DNA from: Brevundimonas sp.
GTDB taxonomy: Bacteria; Pseudomonadota; Alphaproteobacteria; Caulobacterales; Caulobacteraceae
Length of the DNA: 64,000 nt
Assembly: GCF_035998205.1 (NCBI RefSeq)
Contig: NZ_DASYHT010000003.1
Coordinates: 110,921-174,920, forward strand
Direction of reading: 5' to 3'
Shown here: piece after piece, positions 45,674 to 57,007 of the stretch
How the letters are laid out: each line of letters opens with the position of its first letter
Numbering within the stretch: position 1 is the first letter of the stretch
Notes under the pieces: model-generated
What the model was told of the DNA's origin: nothing
Database searches by the model: none
Seen by the model: the letters and a program-made list of their open reading frames with translations, nothing else
Program-made: the position numbers and the translations under genes

Positions 45674-46582
45674 ATGGCCAGGGCCGCAGCTTGGGCCATC
45701 CTCCTCCTGACGCTCCCGGGCGCAACTGCGGCGCAGACTGCCGCGCCGCAGGCCCCGCCGACCCAGGTCGACGAAGTTGTGGTTACGGGGGTGCGCACGC
45801 AGAGCCAGGTCGAGACGTTTGTCGACAGCATTACGGCGCCCCCGCCGGGCCGGGGACCGGCGCGCTGGGAAGCGCGTTCAGGGGTCTGCGTCGGGGCGGT
45901 CAACTTCCGGTCCGACATCGCGCAGGCCCTGATCGACCGCGTCTCCGCCGTGGCGACCGAGGTCGGGCTCAGGGTGGGCGAGCCGGGATGTGCGTCGAAC
46001 ATCACCATCATCGGCGCTTCTGACGCCCCGGCGCTGGCGGCCGCCCTGGTCGCGCAAAGCCCGAACGCCTTCCGGCCCGACTATGCGGGCAGCGCGGGCT
46101 CGCGGGCGGCGCTTGACCGCTTTGTTTCGAGCAACCGTCCGGTGCGGTGGTGGCATGTGGCCATGCCCGTGGATGCGGAGACCGGCGCCGTCGCCGTGCG
46201 TCTGCCGGGAGAGGAACAGGCCCCGTACGTCAGGGGCGAAGGTCTGCTGCGGACCAATGTTCGCAACGATCTGCGCCGGGCCCACATCATCGTCGACATC
46301 GAGCGCGCGGCTGGCGTCTCCCTGCCCCAGCTGGCCGACTACATTGCCCTCGTGGCGCTGGTCCAGATCACGCCGGAACCGGGGCCGTTCGGCGTGCCGA
46401 CCATTCTGGACCTGTTCGACGTCTCCGATCCGCCGGGCGGCCTCACCGATTGGGACCGGAGCTATCTGGCTGCCCTCTATGACGCGGACCTGCGGCAGCG
46501 GAACCCGGCGAGCCAGGCCGGCGAGATCGCCGACCGGATGCTGGGCAAGGTGCAGGCGGGCACGGAAGCCCCGACGGACTGA
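45674..46582 (+). CDS. Conserved hypothetical secreted protein, paralog of 7588..8577 (TonB-box-like N-terminal motif)
   Basis: 302 aa. Signal peptide MARAAAWAILLLTLPGATAAQ, then QVDEVVVTGVRTQ. Shares the PPPGR, PGC, RPVRWWHV, DYIALVALVQI and WDRSYLAALY blocks with the other copy. Starts 6 nt after the permease gene. Confidence 0.75.
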   Translation: MARAAAWAILLLTLPGATAAQTAAPQAPPTQVDEVVVTGVRTQSQVETFVDSITAPPPGRGPARWEARSGVCVGAVNFRSDIAQALIDRVSAVATEVGLRVGEPGCASNITIIGASDAPALAAALVAQSPNAFRPDYAGSAGSRAALDRFVSSNRPVRWWHVAMPVDAETGAVAVRLPGEEQAPYVRGEGLLRTNVRNDLRRAHIIVDIERAAGVSLPQLADYIALVALVQITPEPGPFGVPTILDLFDVSDPPGGLTDWDRSYLAALYDADLRQRNPASQAGEIADRMLGKVQAGTEAPTD

Positions 46583-46606
46583 CCTCGGAACGATCGCCAA
46601 GAAAAA

Positions 46607-46634
46607 GGGCCGGCTGGAGCACTCCAGCCGGCCC
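46607..46634. terminator. Strong hairpin between convergent genes (bidirectional terminator candidate)
   Basis: GGGCCGGCTGGAG-CA-CTCCAGCCGGCCC, preceded by GAAAAA and followed by GAAATC. Confidence 0.7.
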
Positions 46635-46657
46635 GAAATCCCAACCCGATCACCCGA

Positions 46658-47083
46658 TCAGGCGGCGGCGTCATCCTCGAAGCCGTTGTCCTGCACCGGA
46701 CCGGAGTCCTGGCCCTTGGCCGAGACGTCGCGGTCGACGAACTCGATCACCGCCATCGGGGCGTTGTCGCCGCGACGGAAGCCGGCCTTCATGATGCGGA
46801 TGTAGCCGCCGTTGCGCTCGGCGTAACGCGGGCCGAGCGTCTCGAACAGCTTGCCGACCTGCGGCACGTCGCGGACGGCGCTGATGGCCTGACGGCGGGC
46901 ATGCAGGTCGCCCCGCTTGGCCAGCGTCACCAGCTTCTCGACGAAGGGCCGCAGCTCCTTCGCCTTGGGCAGGGTCGTGGTGATCTGCTCATGCTTGATC
47001 AGGCTGGCCGCCATGTTGGCGAACATGGCCTGGCGATGGCTGACCGTACGGCCGAGCTTGCGATGGGCGGCGCCGTGGCGCAT
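46658..47083 (-). CDS. rplQ: 50S ribosomal protein L17
   Basis: [45 protein letters not shown]. Last gene of the alpha operon. Confidence 0.97.
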   Translation of the reverse strand: MRHGAAHRKLGRTVSHRQAMFANMAASLIKHEQITTTLPKAKELRPFVEKLVTLAKRGDLHARRQAISAVRDVPQVGKLFETLGPRYAERNGGYIRIMKAGFRRGDNAPMAVIEFVDRDVSAKGQDSGPVQDNGFEDDAAA

Positions 47084-47195
47084 CGGGGTCTCTCCTACTC
47101 AACCCTGGTTTCCGGGCGATGCCGGACCTGGGGCCTATCTCATTCTAACCGCCCCTGCCGCGAACCCGAAGGTCCGCAGGGCGGAGGGGTTGAAC

Positions 47196-48215
47196 TCAGA
47201 TCTGGTCTTCGAACTTCTTGGCGAGGTCTTCGATGTTCTCCGGCGGCCAGTTCGGCACGTCCATGCCGAGGCTGAGGCCCATGGTCGCCAGCACTTCCTT
47301 GATCTCGTTCAGCGACTTGCGGCCGAAGTTCGGGGTGCGAAGCATCTCGCCCTCGGTCTTCTGAATCAGGTCGCCGATGTAGACGATGTTGTCGTTCTTC
47401 AGGCAGTTGGCCGAACGGACCGACAGCTCCAGCTCGTCGACCTTCTTCAGCAGCGCCGGGTTGAACGGCAGGTCGGGCTTGCCGTCCTGCGCCTCGACCG
47501 CGGCCTTCGGCTCCTCGAAGGTGATGAAGATCTGCAGCTGGTCCTGGAGGATGCGCGAGGCGTAGGCCACGGCGTCCACCGGCGACACGGCGCCGTTGGT
47601 CTCAACTTCCATGATCAGCTTGTCGTAGTCGAGCGACTGGCCCTGACGGGTCGGCTCGACGCGATAGGCGACGCGCTTGACCGGCGAGTAGAGGGCGTCG
47701 ACCGCGATCAGGCCGATCGGGGCGTCTTCCGGACGGTTGAACTCGGCGGCGACATAGCCCTTGCCGGTCTGGACCGTCAGTTCCATGCGCACCGAAGCGC
47801 CCTCGTCGAGGGTGCAGATGACGTGATCGGGGTTCAGCACCTCGATGTCGGCCGGGACGTCGATCTGGCCGGCGGTCACCGGGCCGGGGCCCGTGGCGCG
47901 CAGGGTCATGCGCTTCGGCCCTTCGGCGTGCATGCGCAGGGCCAGCTGCTTGATGTTCAGGACGATGTCGACGACGTCCTCGCGCACGCCTTCCAGCGAC
48001 GAGAACTCGTGAACCACGCCGTCGATCTGGATGGCGGTGACAGCGGCGCCCTGGAGCGACGACAGCAGCACCCGACGCAGGGCGTTGCCGAGCGTCACGC
48101 CGAAGCCGCGCTCGAGCGGCTCGGCGACCAGGCGCGCCTTGCGCAGCGGGTCGGAACCGGCGTCGATCTGCGGCTTCTCGGGACGGATCAGCTCTTGCCA
48201 GTTACGTTCGATCAT
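47196..48215 (-). CDS. rpoA: DNA-directed RNA polymerase subunit alpha
   Basis: 339 aa. ...[39 protein letters not shown]... and the C-terminal domain [13 protein letters not shown]. Confidence 0.98.
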   Translation of the reverse strand: MIERNWQELIRPEKPQIDAGSDPLRKARLVAEPLERGFGVTLGNALRRVLLSSLQGAAVTAIQIDGVVHEFSSLEGVREDVVDIVLNIKQLALRMHAEGPKRMTLRATGPGPVTAGQIDVPADIEVLNPDHVICTLDEGASVRMELTVQTGKGYVAAEFNRPEDAPIGLIAVDALYSPVKRVAYRVEPTRQGQSLDYDKLIMEVETNGAVSPVDAVAYASRILQDQLQIFITFEEPKAAVEAQDGKPDLPFNPALLKKVDELELSVRSANCLKNDNIVYIGDLIQKTEGEMLRTPNFGRKSLNEIKEVLATMGLSLGMDVPNWPPENIEDLAKKFEDQI

Positions 48216-48300
48216 GGATGTCCCTCGAAACGGGTTTCGCCGGCTCCGGGCCTGGGCTCAGGCGCGCGGAACCGGCGGGAATAGGGGTGACGCGAGACGC

Positions 48301-48690
48301 TTAGACGCGACGGCGCTTCGGCGGACGGCAGCCATTGTGCGGCATCGGCGTCACGTCGCGGATCGTCGTGATGGTCATGCCGACGGCCTGCAGCGCGCGC
48401 AGGGCCGACTCGCGGCCCGAACCGGGGCCCGAGACGTTCACTTCCAGGGTCTTCACGCCGTGTTCGGCGGCCTTCCGGCCGGCGTCCTCGGCCGCCATCT
48501 GGGCGGCGTACGGCGTCGACTTGCGCGAGCCCTTGAAGCCCATGTGTCCGGCCGAGGACCAGGAGATGGCGTTCCCCTGGGCGTCGGTGATGGTCACCAT
48601 GGTGTTGTTGAAGCTGGCGTTCACGTGCGCCACGCCCGAGGTGATGTTCTTGCGTTCGCGGCGCTTAACGCGACCCGGTTCCTTGGCCAT
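48301..48690 (-). CDS. rpsK: 30S ribosomal protein S11
   Basis: 129 aa. [22 protein letters not shown]... Confidence 0.97.
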   Translation of the reverse strand: MAKEPGRVKRRERKNITSGVAHVNASFNNTMVTITDAQGNAISWSSAGHMGFKGSRKSTPYAAQMAAEDAGRKAAEHGVKTLEVNVSGPGSGRESALRALQAVGMTITTIRDVTPMPHNGCRPPKRRRV

Positions 48691-48706
48691 CGGTCAGGTC
48701 TTTCTC

Positions 48707-49075
48707 TTACTTCTTCTTGCCGGCGATCGGCTTGGCCGGACCCTTGCGGGTGCGGGCGTTGGTGTGGGTGCGCTGACCGCGCACCGGCAGGCCCTTGCGG
48801 TGACGCAGGCCGCGGTAGCAGGCCAGGTCCATCAGCCGCTTGATGTTCATCGAGGTCTCGCGACGCAGGTCGCCCTCGACCGTGTGGTCGCGGTCGATGG
48901 TCTCACGGATCTGCAGGATCTCGGCGTCGGTCAGCTGGTTCACGCGACGCGCCGCCTCGATGCCCACCTTCTCGGTGATCGACTTGGCGGCCGCCGGGCC
49001 GATGCCGTGGATGTACTGCAGCGCGATCTCAACGCGCTTGTTGGTCGGGATGTTGACGCCAGCGATACGGGCCAC
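48707..49075 (-). CDS. rpsM: 30S ribosomal protein S13
   Basis: [26 protein letters not shown]... Confidence 0.97.
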   Translation of the reverse strand: MARIAGVNIPTNKRVEIALQYIHGIGPAAAKSITEKVGIEAARRVNQLTDAEILQIRETIDRDHTVEGDLRRETSMNIKRLMDLACYRGLRHRKGLPVRGQRTHTNARTRKGPAKPIAGKKK

Positions 49076-49161
49076 GAATGTCTCCAGATGCGCGTGTTCA
49101 GACGCATAAAACGCTCCGGTCGACAGACCTGGAGCGTGACGCGCCCTTCGCGGAAGCGGGC

Positions 49162-49189
49162 GTTATACAGGGGATTCACCGGGCGTCAA
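49162..49189 (-). promoter_or_regulatory. Candidate sigma-70-type promoter for rpsM-rpsK-rpoA-rplQ
   Basis: On the minus strand, TTGACG-N16-TATAAC lies about 90 nt upstream of the rpsM ATG. Confidence 0.45.
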
Positions 49190-49216
49190 CGGGTCGCGGC
49201 CCGACAGGCTCATTGA

Positions 49217-49966
49217 TCAGTCACCGCGCGGGCGGGGCGCGTTGCGGCCGAAGGCCAGCTCGATCACCGCCCGCACCGAATCGACCGGCCGACCGTCCTC
49301 CAGCGCCGGCCGGAAACGGTACAGCTCGGTCGCCACCCGCACCCCGGCGGCGCCAAAGCCCTGACCGGCGGGCGCCTCCTCCAGCACGCGGCAGTCGTCG
49401 AGCCGGGTATCGGCGCGGATCCGGCAGCTGACGACGGCGAGGCCGGAGACGTTGCGGCGCAGCGCCTCCGGCGGATGGAAGGCGCGCAGTTCACGCAGGG
49501 CGGGCTGGCGCAGGTTGCGCGGCGGCGTGCGGACGCCGGCGCCCGGTCCGTCACCGGGACCGGTCCCCTCCCCTCGCCCCTGACCTTCTCCGCCGAGGCC
49601 GAAGCCGGGCTCGGCCGCCGCCGCCGGGGCGACGCCGACGGTCAGGGCCGGCGCCGGGGCCTGGGCCACGGGCGGCGGGATCTCGGGCGTCACCGGCGTC
49701 GGCTGCGGCTCCGGCGTGCGCAGGCGGCTCGGGGCCGCGGGCGCGCCACCGCCGCTCTCGCGCGCCGGGGCAGCCTCCACCGGCGGCGGCGGCACGGGGG
49801 GCGTCAGGATCAGGTCGATGACCGGCGGCGGGATCAGCGGCGCGGCGGGCTCGCGAATGGAAACGGCGGCAAGCACGAGCGCGTGGAGGCCGACGACGAC
49901 CGTCGCCAGCAGAGCCCGGCGTCGGGCGCCGGGCGGGTCACGGAGGGTTCCGGGCCATGGCCGCAT
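49217..49966 (-). CDS. TonB family protein (N-terminal TM anchor, Pro-rich spacer, TonB C-terminal domain)
   Basis: 249 aa. ALLATVVVGLHALVLAAV TM segment, PPPV/PEP-rich linker, and C-terminus ...FHPPEALRRNVSGLAVVSCRIRADTRLDDCRVLEEAPAGQGFGAAGVRVATELYRFRPA.... Confidence 0.75.
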   Translation of the reverse strand: MRPWPGTLRDPPGARRRALLATVVVGLHALVLAAVSIREPAAPLIPPPVIDLILTPPVPPPPVEAAPARESGGGAPAAPSRLRTPEPQPTPVTPEIPPPVAQAPAPALTVGVAPAAAAEPGFGLGGEGQGRGEGTGPGDGPGAGVRTPPRNLRQPALRELRAFHPPEALRRNVSGLAVVSCRIRADTRLDDCRVLEEAPAGQGFGAAGVRVATELYRFRPALEDGRPVDSVRAVIELAFGRNAPRPRGD

Positions 49967-50041
49967 GACATCATTCCAGCACGCAGCGGATGAACGTCGG
50001 CCAACCGATCCGGCTCCAGCGCAGCCCGCCGGAGCTCGCGA

Positions 50042-50605
50042 TCAGTCCGCGAGGGCGGCGTCGATGCCCGCGGCGACGGTCTCGATCGAGCCCATGCCGT
50101 CGAGCTCCACCAGCTTCCCCTGGGCCTCGTAGTAGGGCAGCAGCGGCGCGGTGTTGCGGTTGTAGGCGTCGAGACGGACGCCGAAGCTGTCGGGGTTGTC
50201 GTCGGGCCGCCCCTGCTCGGCGAAGCGCTTGGCGATGCGCTCGGTCAGGGCGGCGTCATCGACCTTGAGACGCACGACCTTGTCGATCTGGCGGCCGCGA
50301 CCGGCCAGCATCCGGTCCAGCGCCTCGGCCTGGGCCACGGTGCGGGGGAAGCCGTCGAAGATGGCCCCGCCGGCGGCCTCGGCCTCCGGCAGACGCTCCT
50401 CGATCAGGGCGATGACGATCTCGTCCGACACCAGATCGCCGCGGGCCATGATGCCCTTGACCCGCTCGCCCAGCTCGGAGCCGGAGGCGATGGCCGCGCG
50501 CAGCATGTCACCGGTCGACAGCTGGACCATGCCGCGCTGCTCGACCAGCCGCTTGGCCTGGGTGCCCTTGCCGGCCGCCGGCGGCCCGAACAGGATCAGG
50601 TTCAT
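50042..50605 (-). CDS. adk: Adenylate kinase (short, lid-less form)
   Basis: MNLILFGPPAAGKGTQAKRLV P-loop. 187 aa with no Cys4 lid. Confidence 0.95.
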   Translation of the reverse strand: MNLILFGPPAAGKGTQAKRLVEQRGMVQLSTGDMLRAAIASGSELGERVKGIMARGDLVSDEIVIALIEERLPEAEAAGGAIFDGFPRTVAQAEALDRMLAGRGRQIDKVVRLKVDDAALTERIAKRFAEQGRPDDNPDSFGVRLDAYNRNTAPLLPYYEAQGKLVELDGMGSIETVAAGIDAALAD

Positions 50606-50629
50606 CGTCCCCCTCCGTCGCTCAGGGCG

Positions 50630-52009
<1,380 letters not shown>

Positions 52010-52102
52010 TACGCGTCCCCACGACTCTGGAGGTCGTCAGATAGGTGAAAAGCGGCCCTCATGCGAGAGCCGCCCTCACGTTTCATCCGCAGGCGGCCAG
52101 CG

Positions 52103-52696
52103 TCAGGCCTTGGCGGCCGTGCGGCGGGCGCGGGCGGAGATCTTGTTGGCGTCGCCCTTCGGCGCCTTGGGGGCCGGAGCCTTGCCCTTGGCGGCGTTGC
52201 GCTTCTCGACGCGGGCGGCCGCAGCGGCCTCGGCGGCGATGCGCTGCTGGACGACCGAACCGCCGGCGGCCTCGATCGCCTTGATGGCGCCCGACGACGC
52301 CGACCAGACGACCAGGTTCAGCTTGGCCTTCAGTTCGCCCGAGCCGAGGACGCGCACGCCGTCCTTGACGCGGCGGATCACGCCGGCGGCCACCAGGGCC
52401 TCGCCGTTGATCTCGGCCTTGGCGTCCAGCTTGCCGGCGTCCACGGCGTCCTGCAGACGCCACAGGTTCACCTCGGCCAGCTTCAGCGCGCCCGGATTGT
52501 TGAAGCCGCGCTTCGGCATGCGCATGTAGAGCGGCATCTGGCCGCCCTCGAAGCCGCCGATGGCGACGCCCGAGCGCGACTTCTGACCCTTGACGCCGCG
52601 CCCCGAGGTCTTGCCCTTGCCCGAGCCCGGGCCACGGCCGACGCGCAGCCGCTTCTTGTGGGCGCCTTCGTTGTCGCGGATTTCATTGAGCTTCAT
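52103..52696 (-). CDS. rplO: 50S ribosomal protein L15 (with a ~40-aa Ala/Lys-rich C-terminal extension)
   Basis: [43 protein letters not shown]... 197 aa. Confidence 0.95.
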   Translation of the reverse strand: MKLNEIRDNEGAHKKRLRVGRGPGSGKGKTSGRGVKGQKSRSGVAIGGFEGGQMPLYMRMPKRGFNNPGALKLAEVNLWRLQDAVDAGKLDAKAEINGEALVAAGVIRRVKDGVRVLGSGELKAKLNLVVWSASSGAIKAIEAAGGSVVQQRIAAEAAAAARVEKRNAAKGKAPAPKAPKGDANKISARARRTAAKA

Positions 52697-52759
52697 GTGC
52701 CTGATCCTTTCGGGTGCTAACGCCCGGCGCGGTGGCCGGACTCGGCTGTTGAGCGGGCG

Positions 52760-52816
52760 GTGCTAGTGAAAAGTGCCAGTGAGCGCAAGAGACACGTCCC
52801 CCGGGCTCACTAGCAC
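52760..52816 (-). promoter_or_regulatory. Structured RNA element in the unusually long rpmD-rplO spacer (terminator-like hairpin with U4 and an alternative pairing arm)
   Basis: Minus-strand RNA: GUGCUAGUGAGC - 20 nt - GCUCACUGGCAC UUUU CACUAGCAC. The 5' arm can pair with either downstream arm. Confidence 0.4.
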
Positions 52817-52860
52817 TGACACTCTTCACCATGGACGACCGCCATCGGCGGTCGCCGGGA

Positions 52861-53049
52861 TTACTTCTCGACCACTTCCACCATGTGGGCGACCTTGGCG
52901 ATCATCCCGCGAACGGCGGGAGTGTCTTCAAGGGTCGCCTCACGGCCGAGGCGGTTCAGGCCAAGGCCTTGCAGGGTGGCGCGCTGATCCGACTTGCGGC
53001 GGATCGGGCTGCCGGTCTGGCGGACGGTGACGGTCTTCTTCTCGGCCAT
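52861..53049 (-). CDS. rpmD: 50S ribosomal protein L30
   Basis: 62 aa. [31 protein letters not shown]. Confidence 0.95.
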   Translation of the reverse strand: MAEKKTVTVRQTGSPIRRKSDQRATLQGLGLNRLGREATLEDTPAVRGMIAKVAHMVEVVEK

Positions 53050-53052
53050 CTA

Positions 53053-53658
53053 TCAGCCCTCGATCGCTTCGGGCGCCGAGGCGCCGTCGTTACGCCGGCC
53101 GAGCAGGTCGGAGACCTTCTTGCCGCGCTTGGAAGCGACCTGACGCGGCGAGGACTGGGCCTTCAGCGCCTCGAAGGTCGCGCGGATCATGTTGTACGGG
53201 TTCGACGAGCCGGTCGACTTGCCGACGACGTCCTGGACGCCGAGGGTTTCGAGGACCGCGCGCATCGGACCGCCGGCGATGACGCCGGTGCCCGGAGGGG
53301 CCGCACGCATCATGATCTTGCCGGCGCCCCAACGGCCGTTGCCGTCGTGGTGCAGGGTGCGGTTCTCGCGGAGCGGAACGCGGATCATGGTCTTCTTGGC
53401 TTCTTCGGTCGCCTTGCGGATGGCTTCCGGCACTTCACGGGCCTTGCCGTGACCGAAGCCCACCCGGCCCTTGCCGTCGCCGACGACCATCAGGGCCGCG
53501 AACGAGAACCGGCGGCCGCCCTTCACGGTGGCGGCGACGCGGTTGATGTGGACCAGCTTCTCGACCAGTTCGGAGTCGGCGCCAGCTTCGGGAGCCGAGC
53601 GGTTGTCACGACGGTCGCGACGCTCGCCGCCGCCGCCGCGTTGGGGTTCACGCGCCAT
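53053..53658 (-). CDS. rpsE: 30S ribosomal protein S5
   Basis: 201 aa. [43 protein letters not shown]. Confidence 0.97.
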   Translation of the reverse strand: MAREPQRGGGGERRDRRDNRSAPEAGADSELVEKLVHINRVAATVKGGRRFSFAALMVVGDGKGRVGFGHGKAREVPEAIRKATEEAKKTMIRVPLRENRTLHHDGNGRWGAGKIMMRAAPPGTGVIAGGPMRAVLETLGVQDVVGKSTGSSNPYNMIRATFEALKAQSSPRQVASKRGKKVSDLLGRRNDGASAPEAIEG

Positions 53659-53670
53659 GCTTCTCGTCCC

Positions 53671-54027
53671 TTAGAAGTTCAGGCCGGCTTCGCGCGCGGC
53701 CTCCGCCAGGGCCTTGACCCGGCCATGATAGATGTAGCCGCCGCGGTCGAAGACGACGTCCTTGACGCCCTTCTCGATCGCACGCTCGGCGATGAGCTTG
53801 CCGATGCGGCTGGCCGCAGCGACGTCCGAACCCTTCGAACCCTTGCCGCCTTCCAGCGACGAGGCCGAGGCGACGGTCACGCCATTGGCGTCGTCGATGA
53901 CCTGGGCCGAGATGTTCTTGTCCGAGCGGTAGACCGACAGACGCAGACGGCCGTTGGCGACGGCCTTCAGGCGGCGGCGCGTGCGCTCGGCGCGACGCTT
54001 GGCGTTTTGCTTGAGAGTCGTGGCCAT
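53671..54027 (-). CDS. rplR: 50S ribosomal protein L18
   Basis: 118 aa. ...[18 protein letters not shown]...[26 protein letters not shown]. Confidence 0.97.
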   Translation of the reverse strand: MATTLKQNAKRRAERTRRRLKAVANGRLRLSVYRSDKNISAQVIDDANGVTVASASSLEGGKGSKGSDVAAASRIGKLIAERAIEKGVKDVVFDRGGYIYHGRVKALAEAAREAGLNF

Positions 54028-54030
54028 GGC

Positions 54031-54564
54031 TTACTTCTTCTTGCCTTCCTTGCGCCGCACGGTCTCGCCGGCATAGCGCACGCCCTTGCCCTTGTAGGGT
54101 TCCGGCGGACGGAGCTTGCGGATGACCGCCGCGATCTGACCCACGGCCTGCTTGTCAGAGCCCGAGATCTTGATCTCGGTCTGCTTCGGCACGGCGAAGG
54201 TGATGCCTTCCGGGGCCTTGATGTCGACGTCGTGGCTGAAGCCGAGCTGCAGCGACAGGTCCTTGCCCTTCAGGGCGGCGCGGTAACCCACGCCGACCAG
54301 CTCGAGGCTGCGCTCGAAGCCCTCGGTCACGCCGGTCACCATGTTGGCGACCAGGGTGCGCGACAGGCCCCACATGGCGCGGGCGCGCTGGGTGTCAGAC
54401 CGCGGGGTCAGCGACAGCTCGTCGCCGGCCTGGGTCACCTCGATCTCCTCGGCGACGGTCCAGGTGCGTTCGCCCTTGGGGCCCTTCACCGAGACGGTCT
54501 GGCCGTTGAGCGTGACGGTCACGCCCTTCGGGATGGCGATGGTCTTCTTACCGATACGGGACAT
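54031..54564 (-). CDS. rplF: 50S ribosomal protein L6
   Basis: [31 protein letters not shown]... 177 aa. Confidence 0.97.
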   Translation of the reverse strand: MSRIGKKTIAIPKGVTVTLNGQTVSVKGPKGERTWTVAEEIEVTQAGDELSLTPRSDTQRARAMWGLSRTLVANMVTGVTEGFERSLELVGVGYRAALKGKDLSLQLGFSHDVDIKAPEGITFAVPKQTEIKISGSDKQAVGQIAAVIRKLRPPEPYKGKGVRYAGETVRRKEGKKK

Positions 54565-54565
54565 C

Positions 54566-54964
54566 TTAGTAGACCCTGCAGAGGACTTCGCCGCCCACGT
54601 TGGCCTCGCGGGCCGCCGTGTCGGACATCACGCCCTTGGACGTCGAAAGGATCGAGATGCCGAGGCCGTTCTTGACGGGCTTCAGGTCGCCGATCGCGGA
54701 GTAGACCCGACGGCCCGGCTTGGACACGCGCGAGATCTCGGCGATGACGGGCTGGCCGTCGAAGTACTTCAGCTCGATCTCGAACTGCGGGAACTCGCCC
54801 GGGTTCTGCACCAGGCTGTAGCCGCGGATGTAGCCCTCGTCCTGCAGCACGTCGAGGACGCGCTGGCGCAGACGGGACGCCGGGGTCAGCACCTTCGAAC
54901 GCTTGCGGGTGGCCGCGTTCTTGATGCGAGCGATCATGTCGCTCAGGGGATCATTGATCATCAT
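54566..54964 (-). CDS. rpsH: 30S ribosomal protein S8
   Basis: [17 protein letters not shown]... 132 aa. Confidence 0.97.
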   Translation of the reverse strand: MMINDPLSDMIARIKNAATRKRSKVLTPASRLRQRVLDVLQDEGYIRGYSLVQNPGEFPQFEIELKYFDGQPVIAEISRVSKPGRRVYSAIGDLKPVKNGLGISILSTSKGVMSDTAAREANVGGEVLCRVY

Positions 54965-54979
54965 GTCGTGTCGCTCCCC

Positions 54980-55285
54980 TTACCAGCTCGACTTCGTCAG
55001 GCCGGGGATCTGGCCCAGGTTGCCCAGCTGACGCAGGGCGATCCGGCTCATCTTCAGCTTGCGGTAGTAGCCACGCGGACGACCCGTCACCTCACAGCGG
55101 TTACGGATGCGGTTCGGCGCGGAGTTCCGCGGCAGGGCGGCCAGCTTCAGGCGCGCTTCGAAGCGCTCCTCCAGCGGCAGGCTCTCGTCGTTGGCCTTCG
55201 CCTTGAGGTCGGCGCGCTTGGCGGCGTACTGGGCCACCAGCTTCTTGACCCGCTCGTTGCGATTGACGGCGCTCTTCTTAGCCAT
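54980..55285 (-). CDS. rpsN: 30S ribosomal protein S14
   Basis: [17 protein letters not shown]...[27 protein letters not shown]. 101 aa. Confidence 0.97.
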   Translation of the reverse strand: MAKKSAVNRNERVKKLVAQYAAKRADLKAKANDESLPLEERFEARLKLAALPRNSAPNRIRNRCEVTGRPRGYYRKLKMSRIALRQLGNLGQIPGLTKSSW

Positions 55286-55303
55286 GGTGCTCTTTCCTTC
55301 CCG

Positions 55304-55861
55304 TCAGTTCACGAACGGGAACTTGAACTCGGCGAGGAGCGCCTTGGCTTCCTCGTCGGTCTTGGCCGTGGTGCAGACGACGATGTCCATGCCCCACATC
55401 TGGTCGATCTGGTCGTAGTTGATCTCCGGGAACACGATGTGCTCCTTCAGACCGGTGGCGTAGTTGCCACGACCGTCGAACGACGTGCCCTTGAGGCCCC
55501 GGAAGTCCTTCACCCGCGGCAGCGCGATGGTGATGAAGCGGTCCAGGAACTCGTACATGCGGTCGCCGCGCAGGGTGACCTTGCCGCCAATGACCATGCC
55601 CTCGCGCAGCTTGAAGCCGGCGATGGAGTTGCGGGCCTTGGTCGGCACAGCCTTCTGACCGGCGATGGCGGTCAGGTCCTTGAGGGCCGCCTGGGCCTTC
55701 TTGGAGTCCGCCACAGCCTCGCCGACGCCCATGTTCAGGACGATCTTGTCCAGCTTGGGCACCTGCATCTCGTTGGTGTAGCCGAACTTGTCCTTCATCA
55801 CGGCGCGGATGCGGGACTCGTATTCCGACTTCAGCCGGGGGGTGTACTTCTCGGTAGCCAT
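55304..55861 (-). CDS. rplE: 50S ribosomal protein L5
   Basis: 185 aa. ...[20 protein letters not shown]... Confidence 0.97.
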   Translation of the reverse strand: MATEKYTPRLKSEYESRIRAVMKDKFGYTNEMQVPKLDKIVLNMGVGEAVADSKKAQAALKDLTAIAGQKAVPTKARNSIAGFKLREGMVIGGKVTLRGDRMYEFLDRFITIALPRVKDFRGLKGTSFDGRGNYATGLKEHIVFPEINYDQIDQMWGMDIVVCTTAKTDEEAKALLAEFKFPFVN

Positions 55862-56169
55862 CAGATGACGTCTCCGGTCGTCTTGGCGAAGCGGACCTTC
55901 TTGCCGTCTTCCGTACGGAAGCCGACGCGGGCGGCCTTGCCGTTCGCATCCGCGATCGCGACGTTCGAGACGTGGATCGACGCTTCCTTGTTCTTGATGC
56001 CGCCCTGGGGGTCGAGCTGGCTCGGGCGGGTGTGGCGCTGGACCACGTTGATGCCCTCGACCACGACGCGCTGCTCGGTCGGCAGGACGCGGAGCACCTT
56101 GCCGGCGCGGCCCTTGTCCTTGCCCGTCAGAACGACGACGCGGTCACCCTTCTTGATCTTCGCGGCCAT
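55861..56169 (-). CDS. rplX: 50S ribosomal protein L24
   Basis: The internal ATG 56169 of ORF 55861..56481 gives [28 protein letters not shown] (KOW motif). 102 aa. Confidence 0.95.
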   Translation of the reverse strand: MAAKIKKGDRVVVLTGKDKGRAGKVLRVLPTEQRVVVEGINVVQRHTRPSQLDPQGGIKNKEASIHVSNVAIADANGKAARVGFRTEDGKKVRFAKTTGDVI

Positions 56170-56171
56170 GG

Positions 56172-56540
56172 TTACAGCACCTCCGGAGCCAGCGAGATGA
56201 TCTTCATGTGGTTCCGGGCGCGCAGCTCGCGCGGCACCGGGCCGAAGATACGGGTGCCGACCGGCTCGTTCTGCTTGTTGACGATCACGGCGGCCGACTT
56301 GTCGAAACGGATCACCGACCCGTCCTTGCGCTGGATGTCCTTGGCGGTGCGCACGACGATGGCGCGCACGACGTCGCCCTTCTTCACGCGGCCGCGGGGG
56401 ATAGCTTCCTTCACCGAAGCGACAATGGTGTCGCCGATCGAGGCGTAGCGGCGCTTCGAGCCGCCCAGCACCTTGATGCACATGACCCGGCGAGCGCCCG
56501 AATTGTCGGCCACCTCCAGGTTAGTTTGCATCTGGATCAT
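56172..56540 (-). CDS. rplN: 50S ribosomal protein L14
   Basis: [28 protein letters not shown]... 122 aa. Confidence 0.98.
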   Translation of the reverse strand: MIQMQTNLEVADNSGARRVMCIKVLGGSKRRYASIGDTIVASVKEAIPRGRVKKGDVVRAIVVRTAKDIQRKDGSVIRFDKSAAVIVNKQNEPVGTRIFGPVPRELRARNHMKIISLAPEVL

Positions 56541-56560
56541 GGGATCCGATCCTTCTCAGA

Positions 56561-56800
56561 TTACGAAGCCGGAGCGGCGAGGACTTCCCACCGCTTCAGC
56601 TTGGACTTCGGGGCGCACTCGACGATGCGGGCCACGTCGCCGACCTTCAGCGCGTTGGCCTCGTCGTGGGCGTGGTACTTCTTGGACAGACGCACGGTCT
56701 TCTTCAGAACCGGGTGCAGCAGGGTGCGCTCGACCTTGACGACGACGGTCTTGTCGCCCTTGTCGGAGACGACGACGCCTTCGAGAATTCGCTTCGGCAT
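56561..56800 (-). CDS. rpsQ: 30S ribosomal protein S17
   Basis: [25 protein letters not shown]... 79 aa. Confidence 0.97.
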   Translation of the reverse strand: MPKRILEGVVVSDKGDKTVVVKVERTLLHPVLKKTVRLSKKYHAHDEANALKVGDVARIVECAPKSKLKRWEVLAAPAS

Positions 56801-56809
56801 GTTCGTTCC

Positions 56810-57007
56810 TTACGCGGCCGGCTGCTTCTGGCGCAGCAGGGTCTGGAGACGGGCGATGTCCTTGCGGACTTCCCCGACGCGGTGGGTCTTCTCGAGCTGG
56901 CCGGTGGCCGCCTGGAAGCGCAGGTTGAACTGCTCCTTCTTGAGCTTCAGCAGCTCATCGGACAGCTGGTCCGGGGTCATGACCCGGAAGTCGGCGATCT
57001 TGGTCAT
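56810..57007 (-). CDS. rpmC: 50S ribosomal protein L29
   Basis: The internal ATG 57007 gives [39 protein letters not shown]. 65 aa. ATGA overlap with rplP. Confidence 0.95.
   Translation of the reverse strand: MTKIADFRVMTPDQLSDELLKLKKEQFNLRFQAATGQLEKTHRVGEVRKDIARLQTLLRQKQPAA

Noticed and set aside
49076-49216. Search for small conserved genes (rpmJ, infA) in the rpsM-upstream and other spacers of the ribosomal cluster
   Set aside because: No ORF resembling L36 (MKVR..CxxC) or canonical IF-1 is present. The spacers hold only promoter- and hairpin-like sequence.
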